Shown piece by piece: positions 21,230 through 32,803 of a stretch of 64,000 nucleotides of DNA. A program made the translations under genes and the position numbers. The notes beneath the pieces were generated by a model. That model saw only the letters and a program-made list of their open reading frames with translations, made no database searches and was not told the DNA's origin. Position 1 is the stretch's first letter; every line of letters begins with the position of its first letter. The stretch comes from a bacterium (GTDB lineage: Bacteria > Hinthialibacterota > Hinthialibacteria > Hinthialibacterales > Hinthialibacteraceae), in contig CAXXSM010000110.1 in assembly GCA_963663405.2 (NCBI GenBank), positions 96,001 through 160,000 of the forward strand, in the 5' to 3' direction.

Positions 21230-22390
21230 TTATCCGAACACCTGCTTCTCTTCTGTTTTTGGCTTCAGCGCGCCTAATTCCTTGATTAAACTGGTGGCGC
21301 GTTTTCCGGCTTCATCGATTTGGATGAGTTTTTGATAGGTGGGGCCGTTTTCATGAACATCGTTCATCGCGAGACAGGTATAGCCTAAAATCGCAGTCAA
21401 TATATTATTTAAGTCATGAGCGATTTTCCCGGCCTGGTTACTCCTCGTCTCCATCTCCTGGGGATGGAGTGGAAGAAATTCATGTTCGATTCCGCCCGGG
21501 ACGCCGCGGCCTACTTTGACATAATAAATAATCGCGCCCGTCCGATTTCGAATGGGCGCGATTACGGCTTCTTCTTCGTAAATGGATTGATCCTTTTTTT
21601 TATTTGCGAACCAACCTCTCCAAATCTTTCCCTGCGCAATCGTATCCCACAGAGCGCGCCCAAAGGATTCGTCGTGTTTTCCACTCCGAAAAAGATACGG
21701 TGTTTGGCCTGTCAGTTCATGGAGAGAGAATCCTGTCATGCGCTGGAAGGCAGGATTGACATATTGGATCACTCCGTTGGAATCAGTGATGACGATCGTG
21801 TCTGAAATAAACTCAGCCACCTCTAATAGCCCCCTCCATTTTTCTTCGATTTGTTCCTGCGCTTCAAGTTCTTTATGTAATTGCTGTAATTTGGCGGTAG
21901 TATGCGCTAAGCCAGCGATGCCTTCTTCCTTCCGCCGTACTAATTCGTCAAGCGCGATTCGCAGCGCTTTTTCGGCGAACTTTCGGCGAATAATATTCCT
22001 CAAACGTATCCGCAGTATCTCCCGCTCGACAGGTTTCGTGATGAAATCATCCACACCTTCTTGGATGATTTTCAAGGACGAATGACAATCGTCCGCATTT
22101 GCCAGTATGAGAACGGCGCTGTTCTTCGCCGTTGGGCTGGCGCGCAGCCGGCGGCAAACCTCGTACCCGTTCATCTCCGGCGCCGTCACGTCCAGCAAGA
22201 CCGCGTCAGGCGAAAACGCTTCTGCGTTTCGCAGCGCTTCTGATCCGTTGGCCGCAAAGACGAGATTGTAATTCTCTTCCTTGAGCATCGATTCGACCAT
22301 TCCTCGTGAATTCCGGTCATTGTCCACGATTAGAATGGAGCCGTTGGATCCGTGATTGGATTGCGTTATCGCTGTCTGTTCCACCGGCAT
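21230..22390 (-). CDS. REC-PAS-HisKA protein lacking the ATP-binding domain
   Basis: Receiver (IVDND, LLDVTAP, ITKP), PAS, H-box IAHDLNNIL, then stop ~50 aa later; start re-called to ATG 22390 after SD GAGGAGG. Confidence 0.8.
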   Translation of the reverse strand: MPVEQTAITQSNHGSNGSILIVDNDRNSRGMVESMLKEENYNLVFAANGSEALRNAEAFSPDAVLLDVTAPEMNGYEVCRRLRASPTAKNSAVLILANADDCHSSLKIIQEGVDDFITKPVEREILRIRLRNIIRRKFAEKALRIALDELVRRKEEGIAGLAHTTAKLQQLHKELEAQEQIEEKWRGLLEVAEFISDTIVITDSNGVIQYVNPAFQRMTGFSLHELTGQTPYLFRSGKHDESFGRALWDTIAQGKIWRGWFANKKKDQSIYEEEAVIAPIRNRTGAIIYYVKVGRGVPGGIEHEFLPLHPQEMETRSNQAGKIAHDLNNILTAILGYTCLAMNDVHENGPTYQKLIQIDEAGKRATSLIKELGALKPKTEEKQVFG

Positions 22391-22670
22391 AATTTCCTCC
22401 TCTACGAGCAGCGTCTTGTAAAAAGCGTGGAACGATGAATTCATCCATACTGAAAACCCGGCTGAATTCGTTCCTCATGCCCATCAGATTTTTTACCGGG
22501 AGGAAGCGTTTGCTCATATTGACGCTCTCTCCTGGTTCCAAAGTGCGCTCTCTTCACATCGAATGACTTCTTGAACTTGAAACTGTCAATTGAGATGTGT
22601 TAATCGTCATCTCCATTTTTGACTTTCTCTTTCTTTTAAAGAAAAACAACAACAATGAGAATGCCCTCGT

Positions 22671-25600
22671 TTAAACACTCTTGAACTCATCATCAAATGT
22701 CGATTCATGGGTTTTGGAGGAAGATGATCGGTCTGGTAATGGCGCAGTTGTTTCGCGCGTAAACGATTGCGCGTGAATCAGTTCTCGATTCGACGGGGTT
22801 GACGCCATACTCTGCTGACCACTCCCATTGTGGATCTTAAATTGGCTGACCAATTCCTGTAGAGCCGCCGCCTGCGCGGAGAGTTGTTCGCTGGCTGACG
22901 CGCACTCTTCACTCGTCGCCGAATTTTGCTGGGTCACCTCATCCAATTGCGTAATCGCGGTTCGAATCTGATCGGCTCCATTCGCTTGTTCCAGACTCGA
23001 GGCTGTGATATCCCGTACAAGAGTCGACGCTTCATTCAACGCTTCGGCGACTTGTTTGGCGCTCTCTTGAATCGCCGACAAGCCCGCGTTGGACTCGTCC
23101 GCCATCTGACTGCCTTCATTGATGATTTCGGAGGATTTTTCGATTTTCTGAGCGATATCTTTCGCCGCGATCTGGCTGCGTTCCGCCAATTTTCGGACTT
23201 CGACGGCTACAACAGCGAATCCTTTTCCCGCCTCCCCCGCTCGAGCCGCTTCAATCGCCGCGTTCAACGCCAAAAGATTTGTTTGATCCGCGATATCAGT
23301 AATTAGATCGATTACATTCACGATCTCTTTCGAACTCTCCTGGATCTCTTTCATCGAGAAGCCTAATTTCTGCACTTGCTCGATCCCTTTTTTCGCTGTT
23401 TCCAGGGATTCATCCGAAAGTTTGCTCGCTTGATTTACACGATCGTCTGTATTTCTCGCGTTCTCCGCGTTTTGCTCGATCGCAGTGCTCAACTCTTCGA
23501 TCGAAGCCGACGTCTCTTCCAAACTCGCCGCCTGCTCCGTCGCCGCATTGGAGAGATTTTGGGATGACGCGGCAAGTTCCTCCGAACTCGATGACACTTG
23601 CTCGGTCGCTTGGCTGACGTTTAACAACGTCTCACTCAATTTTTCCCGCATCCGGTTTAACGCTTTTGAGAGCGCGCCAATCTCGTCTTTACGATTGGCG
23701 TCTACGTGCTGTGTAAAGTCTCCCTCTGCAATAATCTCCGCGAACCGCACACCATTAACCAGAGGAGACGAGATACTATTGGCGATAAAGTACGCGATAC
23801 ATAAAATCAATATGGCGAAACTCAAAGCGACGATCAGCGCCCAACCCAAGAGTCCGATTTGCTTTCCATACGTATCACGGATGGCAAGGTTAGAGAACGC
23901 TTCGGCCTGATCGATTTCCGCTAGAACCACCCACTTTGTATCTCCCAAAGTGATAGGCGCATAAGCCGAAAGCACAGGATTCCCATTGTAATCGATGATG
24001 ATTTTTTTACCTGTTTTCCCTGCGATCGCCTCCTTCGATCCTTCTGTGTCCACTTTCCCTAACGACGGATTTTTAAACGAAGCGGCCACGGTATGATTCA
24101 CGGGATCGAGGAAAGAATCTGACCGCATCAGCTGATCGCTTCCGACAAGATATGTCTCTCCCGTCACTCCCATGCCACTGCGTTCCTGCATAATGGAATT
24201 GATCGCTTCGAGAGACAGTTGCAGGGCCACAACGAGCTCCACTTTTCCATTAATGACTACTGGTTGCGCGATAAAAGCGGCTGGTTCATTATTGCTGGGC
24301 GCGTATGGTTCAAAATCCGCCAATGCGAATTGTTTCGACTGGAGAACTTTCCTTGCAAGTTTCCCGAGCCCTGAGTCTTTATACTTACCACTCACCATGT
24401 TCGTCTGATAATCGGCTTCTTGCGTGACGGTGTAGAAAACATACCCATCCGGATTCATCAGAAACAGGTCATAATAACCATACGCTTCCGTATATTTTTT
24501 AAAGAAATACTCTCCGCTTGAATCTTTTGGACTAAAGGCTTCAGCGACATCGATCTCCGCCAAGAGAGCCCATACAAAATTTCCCACACGTACGGGAATC
24601 CATGCGGAAAGCACAGGATTGCCATTGTAGTCCATAATCACATCCGCCCCCGTTCCACCGGCAAGAGCGGATTGAACCGCCATTGTATCCACTTTGTTTT
24701 TCGTGGGATTCTTGAACGCGGCCGTCACCGAGTGATTCTCCGGATCGAGATAGGAATCGGAGCGCATCAATCCATCCGGTCCCACCAGATACGTCTCACC
24801 CGTTTCACCAAGACCCGCGCGTTCGCTCATGATCGTGATCAGGCGATCGATGGGCATTTGAAAAATGGCCACACCCACTTTTTCTTCACCATCAAATATT
24901 GGAGACGCGATAAAACTGGCCGGCGCTTCATAGGAGGGTTTATAGGGCATATAGTCGACTAAAAAAACGGCGTCCTTGTCCGTGGCGGCATTGGCCATGC
25001 GAAACGCTTCACCGAAATTGGTCTGCGCGTAGGGACCATCGATCAGTGACGTGCTGTAATCCAGTTCTTTGAAAACAGAATAGACAATATCCCCTGTTTC
25101 TGGATCAACGAGGAAGATATCATAATACCCAAATTTTTCCAAGTAATTCCGGACGATCGGATGGATTTGAGCGTGCAACTCACTATACCGGGATCCATCA
25201 TCAGCGGAATCCAGAAGATGTTTGGATCCAAGTGGATTCCGGTTGGCCCGGATGTAACGGTATTGAAGCGCAATGGATTCTCGATCGAGCTGCTGGACAA
25301 TGGATTGCGCTCCCGGTGAATTCCCCTCATTCTGCCGCGCATATTCGTCCCTGAATTCCCCCGTATAATAGGTGGCAAGCTGCTGTTTCATGCTTTCAAT
25401 ATCTGTATCCATGATTGAATTCTCATCATAGTAGTTATTAAAAGCATCTCGAAATTGCTGGACAGCGTCGACCACCATTTTATTTTCTGAAAACGTATGG
25501 ATCTGATCGTGGATGGTTTGGAAATAACGTTCCACTGCAGACCGCTTAATCTCCCGAACGGCGGTCAACTTCGCGAACGCTTCCTCCCGCAGGGTGTTAA

Positions 25601-25826
25601 CGGTTTCCGTCAGAACCTGCATATCCCCCTGTCGTTCCCCGAAAAATTTTTCAATCTGCGCTTTTTTGATATCCCTTACGCCTTTTAATTGATTAAACGC
25701 CTGCGCTTGAATCGCCGCGCTTGAATTACGAAACGAAATCCAAACGGCGATCGCCAAAGGAATAATGCCAACCATGAGAAACAAGCTGATTAATTTCGGT
25801 TTCATCCGGATATCGTTTAAATTCAT
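22671..25826 (-). CDS. Methyl-accepting chemotaxis protein (MCP-A) with two dCache-like modules, HAMP and signalling domain
   Basis: [34 protein letters not shown]; HAMP RKDEIG; repeated GYYD(I/L)FL and GETYLVG..LMRSDS; start re-called to ATG 25826 after SD AAGGAG. Confidence 0.95.
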   Translation of the reverse strand: MNLNDIRMKPKLISLFLMVGIIPLAIAVWISFRNSSAAIQAQAFNQLKGVRDIKKAQIEKFFGERQGDMQVLTETVNTLREEAFAKLTAVREIKRSAVERYFQTIHDQIHTFSENKMVVDAVQQFRDAFNNYYDENSIMDTDIESMKQQLATYYTGEFRDEYARQNEGNSPGAQSIVQQLDRESIALQYRYIRANRNPLGSKHLLDSADDGSRYSELHAQIHPIVRNYLEKFGYYDIFLVDPETGDIVYSVFKELDYSTSLIDGPYAQTNFGEAFRMANAATDKDAVFLVDYMPYKPSYEAPASFIASPIFDGEEKVGVAIFQMPIDRLITIMSERAGLGETGETYLVGPDGLMRSDSYLDPENHSVTAAFKNPTKNKVDTMAVQSALAGGTGADVIMDYNGNPVLSAWIPVRVGNFVWALLAEIDVAEAFSPKDSSGEYFFKKYTEAYGYYDLFLMNPDGYVFYTVTQEADYQTNMVSGKYKDSGLGKLARKVLQSKQFALADFEPYAPSNNEPAAFIAQPVVINGKVELVVALQLSLEAINSIMQERSGMGVTGETYLVGSDQLMRSDSFLDPVNHTVAASFKNPSLGKVDTEGSKEAIAGKTGKKIIIDYNGNPVLSAYAPITLGDTKWVVLAEIDQAEAFSNLAIRDTYGKQIGLLGWALIVALSFAILILCIAYFIANSISSPLVNGVRFAEIIAEGDFTQHVDANRKDEIGALSKALNRMREKLSETLLNVSQATEQVSSSSEELAASSQNLSNAATEQAASLEETSASIEELSTAIEQNAENARNTDDRVNQASKLSDESLETAKKGIEQVQKLGFSMKEIQESSKEIVNVIDLITDIADQTNLLALNAAIEAARAGEAGKGFAVVAVEVRKLAERSQIAAKDIAQKIEKSSEIINEGSQMADESNAGLSAIQESAKQVAEALNEASTLVRDITASSLEQANGADQIRTAITQLDEVTQQNSATSEECASASEQLSAQAAALQELVSQFKIHNGSGQQSMASTPSNRELIHAQSFTRETTAPLPDRSSSSKTHESTFDDEFKSV

Positions 25827-25940
25827 TATGACCACTCTCCTTGTTTCATCTGAATTACCTCCATTAAGATCGCAACCTGCAAATGAAAATGAGCCACGAT
25901 AAGCATTGTGAAGGATAAAGTCGTCGAGACTCATTTTCAT

Positions 25941-25962
25941 AGAAAAGGAATGGACGTTCCTT
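25941..25962 (-). terminator. Weak hairpin plus T-run after the MCP-B stop (similar copy at 28946-28967)
   Basis: Minus strand AAGGAA-CGTCCA-TTCCTT-TTCT. Confidence 0.3.
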
Positions 25963-28846
25963 AGACGCTTTTAAATGCGTTCTCGAATTCCGTTTCACAA
26001 GTCTCTGGTTCTGAGTCAAACTTGTGAGGCCGATTGGGCAATGAGGGAACGGTTTTGTTAGTAGCCGTTCTCGCTTCAATGTATCCCGGAGTTCTCCCGC
26101 TCTGCATTGAACTGGGATCACCGTTTCCATTGTGAATTTTAAATTGGCTGACCAGTTCCTGCAGAGCCACCGCCTGCGCGGAGAGTTGTTCGCTGGCTGA
26201 CGCGCATTCTTCACTCGTCGCCGAATTTTGCTGGGTCACCTCATCCAGCTGCGTGATCGCGGTTCGAATCTGATCGGCCCCATTGGTTTGTTCCACACTC
26301 GACGCGGCGATATCTTGCACGAGTTGTGATGTCTCTTGAATCGCTGGAACAATCTGCTGAATCAGTTGTCCCGCGTTTTCCGCTTGACTCACACTGTTCT
26401 TGGCCAGTTCGCTGATCTCTTTCGCCGCCTGCTGGCTGCGTTCCGCCAATTTGCGCACTTCCACGGCGACTACGGCGAATCCTTTACCCATCTCGCCTGC
26501 GCGCGCCGCCTCGATGGCCGCATTTAACGCTAACAAGTTGGTCTGATCGGAAATATCACCGATGATCCCGATCTGTTCCGCGATCTTTTTCATCGCTTCC
26601 ACGGTTTTCAGCACCGCGCCCCCTCCTTCTTCCGCTTCACTGGCGGCCTTGGTGGCAACCGTGTCGGCCTTCACCGCATTGTCGGAATTCTGTTGGATGG
26701 AACTGCTCAACTCTTCGATCGAAGCGGACGTCTCCTCTAGACTCGCCGCCTGCTCCGTCGCCGCATTCGACAGATTTTGGGAGGAGGCGGAGAGTTCCTC
26801 CGCGCCGGACGCGACTTGTTCCGACGCCTGGCTGACATTCAACAAAGTATCACTCAGTTTCTCCCTCATCGAATTTAACGCTCTTGCAAGAGAGCCAATC
26901 TCGTCTTTCCGGTTGACTTCGACGTGATGCGTAAAATCACCATCCGCGACGATCTCCGCGAATCGTACGCCTTCGATCAAAGGCGCCGAGATGCTATTAG
27001 CGATATAATAGGAGATCAATACAATCAGGATTCCGAATGATAAGGCGACAATTAACGCCCAGCCCAGCAATCCGATCTTCTTGCCATAGGTGTCACTGAT
27101 AGCGAGGCTGGAAAACGCTTCGGCCTGATCGATTTCCGCTAAAATCGCCCATTTAACATCTCCCAGTGTTATAGGCGCGTAGGCGGAAAGCACGGGATTC
27201 CCATTGTAATCAATGATGATTTTTTCACTCGTATTCCCTGCGATCGCCGCTTTTGATCCTTCCGTGTCGACGGCGCCTAATGTGGGATTCTTGAACGACG
27301 CGAGAACGGTATGATTCACGGGATCGAGGAAAGAATCCGACCGCATCAGCTGATCGCCTCCGACAAGATATGTCTCTCCCGTCACCCCCATGCCACTGCG
27401 TTCCTGCATAATGGAATTGATCGACTCCAGCGAGAGCTGCAGGGCGACAATGAGTTCAACCTCCCCATTATTGATCACCGGTTGGGCAATGAACGAACAT
27501 GGCTCCCCGTTGCTGGGCGCGTACGGTTCAAAGTCCGCCAATCCGAACGCCTTGCTTTGTATAACTTTTGCCGCCAGTTTGCCCAATCCCGAATCTTTAT
27601 ACTTCCCCGATAGCATATTCGTCTGATAGTCCGATTCCTGCGCCACCGTATAGAATACATAACCATCCGGATTCATCAGGAAGAGATCGTAATAGCCATA
27701 CGCGTCTGTATATTTTTTAAAGTAATACTCTCCCTCCGCGTCCTTTGGACAGAAGGCCTCGGCGACATCGATTTCACAGATTCCCACCCATGTAAAACCA
27801 TCGAGTTCAATCGGCGCATAGCAGGAAAGCACGGGATTGTTGTTGTAATCCAAGATGACTTCCGTACCCGCCTTTCCCGACAGCGCCTCGCGAACCGCTT
27901 TTGTGTCCACACCGTTTTGACCTACGGTTCCATTTAAGGATGTTTTGACATTGTGATTTGTTGGATCTAAATACGAATCTGATCGCATCAGTTTATCCGG
28001 ACCGACCAGATAGCACTCACCCGTCTCTCCCAGGCCGCTTCGTTCCTGCATGATGGTATCGATCGCATCAAGGGAGATTTGACACGCGACAACACCAATG
28101 AGGGCGCCGGATGAGTCAGAGATCGGCCCCCCCGCAAACATGGCGGGGGCATTGTTACTCGGCGCATAGGGCGCCATATCCACGAGACAAACCTGCTTCG
28201 TACGGACGACTGTACGCCAGAGTTCAGCGAGATTGCTGTCCTTATAGGGCCCATGCGCCAAGTTCGTCCCTAGATCGGCCTCCTGTTCACCCGAATACAT
28301 CACATGGCCGTGGGCGGCGCAGATAATGAAGAGATCGTAATACCCATAGGTTTGTTGATAGTGGAGCAGATTCGCCGCGTTGGCTTTTCTTAATTGTTTG
28401 TATTTCTCCGTATTGACCTCCAAAGGTCCATCCGGCGGCGTATTCATCTCGTCATGGTATTCTTTCATGACGTCAAACATGACATGCGTATCCTCACTCC
28501 GGGCCAGGACTTCCATATCCCCTTTCCGCTCCGCGAAGAATTGCGCGATCTGTTTTTTCCGGACCGCCTGGACGGCGGTCAACTTTGAGAAGGCTTCCGT
28601 CCGCAGTGTATTGACCGTCTCGACCAAAACCTGCATGTCTCCCTGGCGTTCGGCGAAGAATTTCTCAATCTGCGCTTTTTTGATATCCCGCGCGCCTTTC
28701 AACTGGTTGAAAGCCTGCGTCTGGATTGCCGCGCTTGAGTTGCGAAACGAAATCCACACGGCGATCGCTAATGGGATAATACCAATCGCGAGAAATAGAC
28801 TGATTAATTTTGGTTTCATTCGAACATCGTTTAAATTCATCATCAT
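25961..28846 (-). CDS. Methyl-accepting chemotaxis protein (MCP-B) with two dCache-like modules
   Basis: MCP hairpin-tip motif, HAMP, Cache repeats; start re-called to ATG 28846 after SD AAGGAG. Confidence 0.95.
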   Translation of the reverse strand: MMMNLNDVRMKPKLISLFLAIGIIPLAIAVWISFRNSSAAIQTQAFNQLKGARDIKKAQIEKFFAERQGDMQVLVETVNTLRTEAFSKLTAVQAVRKKQIAQFFAERKGDMEVLARSEDTHVMFDVMKEYHDEMNTPPDGPLEVNTEKYKQLRKANAANLLHYQQTYGYYDLFIICAAHGHVMYSGEQEADLGTNLAHGPYKDSNLAELWRTVVRTKQVCLVDMAPYAPSNNAPAMFAGGPISDSSGALIGVVACQISLDAIDTIMQERSGLGETGECYLVGPDKLMRSDSYLDPTNHNVKTSLNGTVGQNGVDTKAVREALSGKAGTEVILDYNNNPVLSCYAPIELDGFTWVGICEIDVAEAFCPKDAEGEYYFKKYTDAYGYYDLFLMNPDGYVFYTVAQESDYQTNMLSGKYKDSGLGKLAAKVIQSKAFGLADFEPYAPSNGEPCSFIAQPVINNGEVELIVALQLSLESINSIMQERSGMGVTGETYLVGGDQLMRSDSFLDPVNHTVLASFKNPTLGAVDTEGSKAAIAGNTSEKIIIDYNGNPVLSAYAPITLGDVKWAILAEIDQAEAFSSLAISDTYGKKIGLLGWALIVALSFGILIVLISYYIANSISAPLIEGVRFAEIVADGDFTHHVEVNRKDEIGSLARALNSMREKLSDTLLNVSQASEQVASGAEELSASSQNLSNAATEQAASLEETSASIEELSSSIQQNSDNAVKADTVATKAASEAEEGGGAVLKTVEAMKKIAEQIGIIGDISDQTNLLALNAAIEAARAGEMGKGFAVVAVEVRKLAERSQQAAKEISELAKNSVSQAENAGQLIQQIVPAIQETSQLVQDIAASSVEQTNGADQIRTAITQLDEVTQQNSATSEECASASEQLSAQAVALQELVSQFKIHNGNGDPSSMQSGRTPGYIEARTATNKTVPSLPNRPHKFDSEPETCETEFENAFKSV

Positions 28847-28965
28847 TGTTCTCCTTGTTTCATCTGAACCATCTTCATTGAGATCGCAACCTGTAAAGCC
28901 GCGATAGGCATTGTGAAGGAAAAAGTCATCGAGACTCATTTTCATAGAAAAGGAATTGACATTCC

Positions 28966-31476
28966 TCAGATGCTCTTAAACTCGTTTTCGAATTCCGTTT
29001 CACAAGCCTCTGGATCTGAGTTAATCTTGTGAGTCCGATTGGGCAATGATGGAACGGTTTTATGATTAGCCGTTCTCGCTTCAATGTAGCCCGGAGTTTT
29101 ACCTCTTTGCATCGAACTGGGATCACCGTTTCTATTGTGAATCTTAAATTGCGCAACCAGTTCCTGCAGAGCCACCGCCTGCGCGGACAGTTGTTCGCTG
29201 GCTGACGCGCATTCTTCACTCGTCGCTGAATTCTGCTGGGTCACCTCATCCAGCTGCGTAATCGCGGTTCGAATCTGATCGGCTCCATTCGCTTGTTCCA
29301 GACTCGAGGCTGTGATATCCCGTACAAGAGTCGACGCTTCATTTAACGCTTCGGCGACTTGTTTGGCGCTCTCTTGAATCGCCGATAAGCCCGCGTTGGA
29401 CTCGTCCGCCATCTGACTGCCTTCATTGATGATTTCGGAGGATTTTTCGATTTTCTGAGCGATATCTTTCGCCGCGATCTGGCTGCGTTCCGCCAATTTT
29501 CGGACTTCGACGGCCACGACGGCGAATCCCTTACCCGCCTCCCCGGCGCGAGCCGCTTCAATCGCCGCGTTCAACGCCAACAGATTCGTTTGATCCGCAA
29601 TATCGGTAATAAGATCGATTACATTCACGATCTCTTTCGAACTCTCCTGAATCTCTTTCATCGAGAAACCCAATTTCTGTACTTGCTCGATCCCTTTTTT
29701 CGCTGTTTCCAGGGATTCATCTGAAAGTTTGCTCGCTTGATTTACACGATCGTCTGTATTTCTCGCGTTCTCCGCGTTTTGCTCGATCGCAGTGCTCAAT
29801 TCTTCGATCGACGCCGACGTCTCTTCCAAACTCGCCGCCTGCTCCGTCGCCGCATTGGATAGATTTTGTGACGAAGCGGAAAGTTCCTCCGAACCAGACG
29901 CCACTTGCTCGGCCGAATGTCTAATATCCGCCATCACATTTTGTAAGTTCTTTGACATGGAATTCAGTGCTTCCACCAATTGACCGATTTCATCTTTTTG
30001 AACGAGCGTAATTTGTTGGGTTAAATCCCCATTCGCGACCGATTCCGCAAATTTAACTCCCATCTGAAGGGGCTTGACAATCATGCGGGTAATAAACACC
30101 GCCAAGGCGACGCCGATCAACACCGCAATGACAAGGCCGATGACGACTGCCTGGGACGCCGCGGTTAATGAATCCAACGTTTGAGACGCGATATTCGTGG
30201 TTTGATCGATCCCAGCCTGCGACATGTCTTGCGCTTTCGCGAGAACGGTATTTCCTGCTTGCACCCGTTTCGTACCCAATTCCTGGACGGCCAGCCAATT
30301 GGTCAGCAGCGCGTTCATGGCGGTCTTGTAACCTGCCGCGGACGCTTTCGTATTATCGATCCGGTCGAGATCGACTTGCAAATGCGTGATTTTACGGAGG
30401 TCTTCAAATTTCTTGTCCATGGCTTTAAAGTTGGATTGCGCGTTCTGAATCAACTCGGGAGAGCGTTCGGCTTGGGACCGCCATGCGGCCAACCGGGTCG
30501 CATTCCCTAAATCGATGATGTCATTGACGTACGTGATCTTATCGTGACGTTCTGTGAGCGTTGTTTTGAACGCCGCAATTTCCTTGTCCAGTTTCTGGTT
30601 CTGCCCTTTGATGAAATCATTGCAATTCGTCATATACGCTAACGCTGAGTCTTCCAACTGCTTTTTCACGCTTTCTGTGCTTCCATCATTGATGAGTTCG
30701 TTAATCGCTTCCTTATATGAGTTCGCGGCATTCTGGGTATTTTCGATACGATCCAAATCCTCCTTGAGATGTGTGATTTTTGTCAATTCCCCCATTTTTT
30801 TGTCTGTCTCAGGGAACAGAACTAATGCCTGCTTGGCCAAGTCAGGATTCTGCTCCGCTTGCGACTTCCATACGGCTAAACGAATGGCATTCCCCAAATC
30901 GATTATCTCATTGACTAGGTTGATTTTTTGCACTCGCTCATGAATTAAAATAAAATTGGCCTCAATTTCTTGTGCCATGTTATCGTTCTGGTCCTGCAAA
31001 AAATCTGAACAATTCTTCATATACGCCGCCGCGGTATCATCCATCTGTTTGCGATTGTTCGAAATCTCTTTGTTTTTTTCTACGGTTTGATTGGCGTATT
31101 GATCGTATTCATTGACTTGCGATTCCACCTCCTGAATCGAGGCCGCCAGTTTGACCAGATGAGGCGATTCTTCCGCCAGTTGTTTCGCTTCGGTTAAATT
31201 TTTCTTGACTTCAGATAAGTATTTTTGGCCTTCCTGCAGATACGCATTCTCCTCTGTCAAACCATACCCGCGCATGTTGTACATGGTCAGTAACGAATTC
31301 CGCTCGATTTCATTCGCGATTTTGACTTCGGGAACGTATTCATTGGCTAACACGGCCGCTTCTGTTTTGACTCCCCCCATCTTAACAAACGCAAGGCCGC
31401 CGACAAAAATAGAAATGAGCAGCAGACATCCAAATCCGATTCCGATCTTCAGACCGAGTTTCATGTTTTTAAACAT
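28966..31476 (-). CDS. Methyl-accepting chemotaxis protein (MCP-C) with repeated all-helical (4HB/HBM-like) sensor region
   Basis: MCP hairpin-tip motif; internal repeat ER..KI..VN.IIDLGNA.RLA.W.SQAE; start re-called to ATG 31476 after SD GAGGAG. Confidence 0.95.
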   Translation of the reverse strand: MFKNMKLGLKIGIGFGCLLLISIFVGGLAFVKMGGVKTEAAVLANEYVPEVKIANEIERNSLLTMYNMRGYGLTEENAYLQEGQKYLSEVKKNLTEAKQLAEESPHLVKLAASIQEVESQVNEYDQYANQTVEKNKEISNNRKQMDDTAAAYMKNCSDFLQDQNDNMAQEIEANFILIHERVQKINLVNEIIDLGNAIRLAVWKSQAEQNPDLAKQALVLFPETDKKMGELTKITHLKEDLDRIENTQNAANSYKEAINELINDGSTESVKKQLEDSALAYMTNCNDFIKGQNQKLDKEIAAFKTTLTERHDKITYVNDIIDLGNATRLAAWRSQAERSPELIQNAQSNFKAMDKKFEDLRKITHLQVDLDRIDNTKASAAGYKTAMNALLTNWLAVQELGTKRVQAGNTVLAKAQDMSQAGIDQTTNIASQTLDSLTAASQAVVIGLVIAVLIGVALAVFITRMIVKPLQMGVKFAESVANGDLTQQITLVQKDEIGQLVEALNSMSKNLQNVMADIRHSAEQVASGSEELSASSQNLSNAATEQAASLEETSASIEELSTAIEQNAENARNTDDRVNQASKLSDESLETAKKGIEQVQKLGFSMKEIQESSKEIVNVIDLITDIADQTNLLALNAAIEAARAGEAGKGFAVVAVEVRKLAERSQIAAKDIAQKIEKSSEIINEGSQMADESNAGLSAIQESAKQVAEALNEASTLVRDITASSLEQANGADQIRTAITQLDEVTQQNSATSEECASASEQLSAQAVALQELVAQFKIHNRNGDPSSMQRGKTPGYIEARTANHKTVPSLPNRTHKINSDPEACETEFENEFKSI

Positions 31477-31550
31477 TCTTTTTCTCTCCTCTTTTTTTTC
31501 TATTTCAGCTCTTTTTTTGTGTCCTCTTTCTTTGTTAGTTGCAAATCCAA

Positions 31551-32033
31551 TCACGCGGCTGTTTTGGCGATCTCTTCACGCTCTCTGGCGCTAAACATAT
31601 GATCCAGTTCGAGCAGGATGATCAGCCGGTCTTCCAACTTCCCCATCCCCGAAATAAATTCCGTATCGATGTCCGCTCCCATCGGAGGAGGCGGATCGAT
31701 ACAATCTTGATCCAAGGTTCGCACCTCACTCACCGCATCCACAATGAGACCCATCACTTCCTTTTTGATCTCCACAACAATAATCCGCGCGGTATGATCG
31801 CTTTCATTTTCAGGTAATTCAAACCGGCGCCGTAAATCTACAACGGGGATCACCCGTCCCCGCAGATTAAGAACGCCCTCAATAAACTCCGCCGATTGAG
31901 GGATCCGGGTCAGTTTTTTATACCGGATAATCTCCTGCACCCGCAAAATGGGAATCCCGTATTCTTCCCTCGCCAACGTAAAACTGACAAATTGCATTCC
32001 TGCATGCTGGCTCTCACTTGCGCTTTTCATCAT
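31551..32033 (-). CDS. cheW: Chemotaxis coupling protein CheW
   Basis: [49 protein letters not shown]. Confidence 0.96.
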   Translation of the reverse strand: MMKSASESQHAGMQFVSFTLAREEYGIPILRVQEIIRYKKLTRIPQSAEFIEGVLNLRGRVIPVVDLRRRFELPENESDHTARIIVVEIKKEVMGLIVDAVSEVRTLDQDCIDPPPPMGADIDTEFISGMGKLEDRLIILLELDHMFSAREREEIAKTAA

Positions 32034-32066
32034 GAATTCCTTTCTCCTTCTAATGGATTCATCACA

Positions 32067-32483
32067 TCATGATTCGCTTAACATGTTCTGCTTCGTTGCT
32101 ATCTTCTGGATGACTTGAAACATATCGCTGATATCCTGTTCCTTACGGCAAACTATTTTGGGCCGCAGTTTTTGACAGGCGTGTAACAAGGATGAGTCTG
32201 GAGAAGACAAGATGACAAATAGTGGAACATCGGATATGAGGTTTTTAATCGACGCAAACTCCTCAATATCACTTTTCTTATCGATGTACAAAACCAGGAC
32301 GCTTGGAGATTGAAGATTGAAAAGCATGTCTCGAACGCAAGCCGCGGGATGTTGATAGATGTGGAGATCCGATATGGAATTCTTTTCTATAACCTTAGCT
32401 AGAAATCCGGGATCATACATTATTGTTTCAGGTTTGAATAAATAATAGTTCATAGGCTCCTTCCTTTTCTCAATCGCCTGCAT
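32067..32483 (-). CDS. Hypothetical protein, possibly a degenerate receiver-like fold
   Basis: Alternating beta/alpha pattern (VLVLYID...VPLFVILS...LRPKIV) without canonical phosphoacceptor motifs; first gene after the sigma54 promoter. Confidence 0.6.
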   Translation of the reverse strand: MQAIEKRKEPMNYYLFKPETIMYDPGFLAKVIEKNSISDLHIYQHPAACVRDMLFNLQSPSVLVLYIDKKSDIEEFASIKNLISDVPLFVILSSPDSSLLHACQKLRPKIVCRKEQDISDMFQVIQKIATKQNMLSES

Positions 32484-32500
32484 CCCGTTATAACCCTATG

Positions 32501-32516
32501 GCAAGATAGGGACCAA
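32501..32516 (-). promoter_or_regulatory. Sigma54 (-24/-12) promoter
   Basis: Minus strand TTGGTCCCTATCTTGC = TGG-N8-TTGC with exact spacing; adjacent to an enhancer-binding protein gene. Confidence 0.75.
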
Positions 32517-32531
32517 ATAATCAATTATTGA

Positions 32532-32544
32532 TAAGTTCTTGATA
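32532..32544 (-). promoter_or_regulatory. IHF-type binding site 1
   Basis: TATCAAGAACTTA matches WATCAA-N4-TTR; lies between the promoter and the enhancer boxes. Confidence 0.6.
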
Positions 32545-32599
32545 ATTAAGGAGTTATAGAATTTCGAGATTAACGAAACCCTTCGAAACGATCGAAGGT

Positions 32600-32772
32600 T
32601 GTCTACGATCGTGGACAGGATTCACAAAAAGGACAAATTTGAAATGAGGGAAGGCTGCAGAAAGATATTAATAAGTTATTGATTATTCATAACTTACAGA
32701 AATCTAAACTGGATTGAATCCCGAAAAATAGAGGTTTGTCTACGATCGTGGACTGAGTCTACGATCGTAGAC
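32600..32772. promoter_or_regulatory. Three palindromic enhancer-like boxes GTCTACGATCGT(G/A)GAC
   Basis: Copies at 32601-32616, 32738-32753 and 32757-32772; the last is a perfect 16-bp palindrome. Confidence 0.75.
32672..32684 (-). promoter_or_regulatory. IHF-type binding site 2
   Basis: AATCAATAACTTA matches WATCAA-N4-TTR. Confidence 0.55.
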
Positions 32773-32803
32773 AAGTGTGAAATGAAGGAAGAATGAAGTG
32801 GGA

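Noticed and set aside
25827-25940. N-terminal extensions MKMSLDDF... on two MCPs as a conserved leader peptide
   Set aside because: Explained by duplication of the intergenic DNA; strong SD sites support the downstream starts.
32600-32772. Repeats as a mini CRISPR array
   Set aside because: Only 16 bp long, spacers of 121 and 3 bp, no cas genes; the context fits enhancer boxes.
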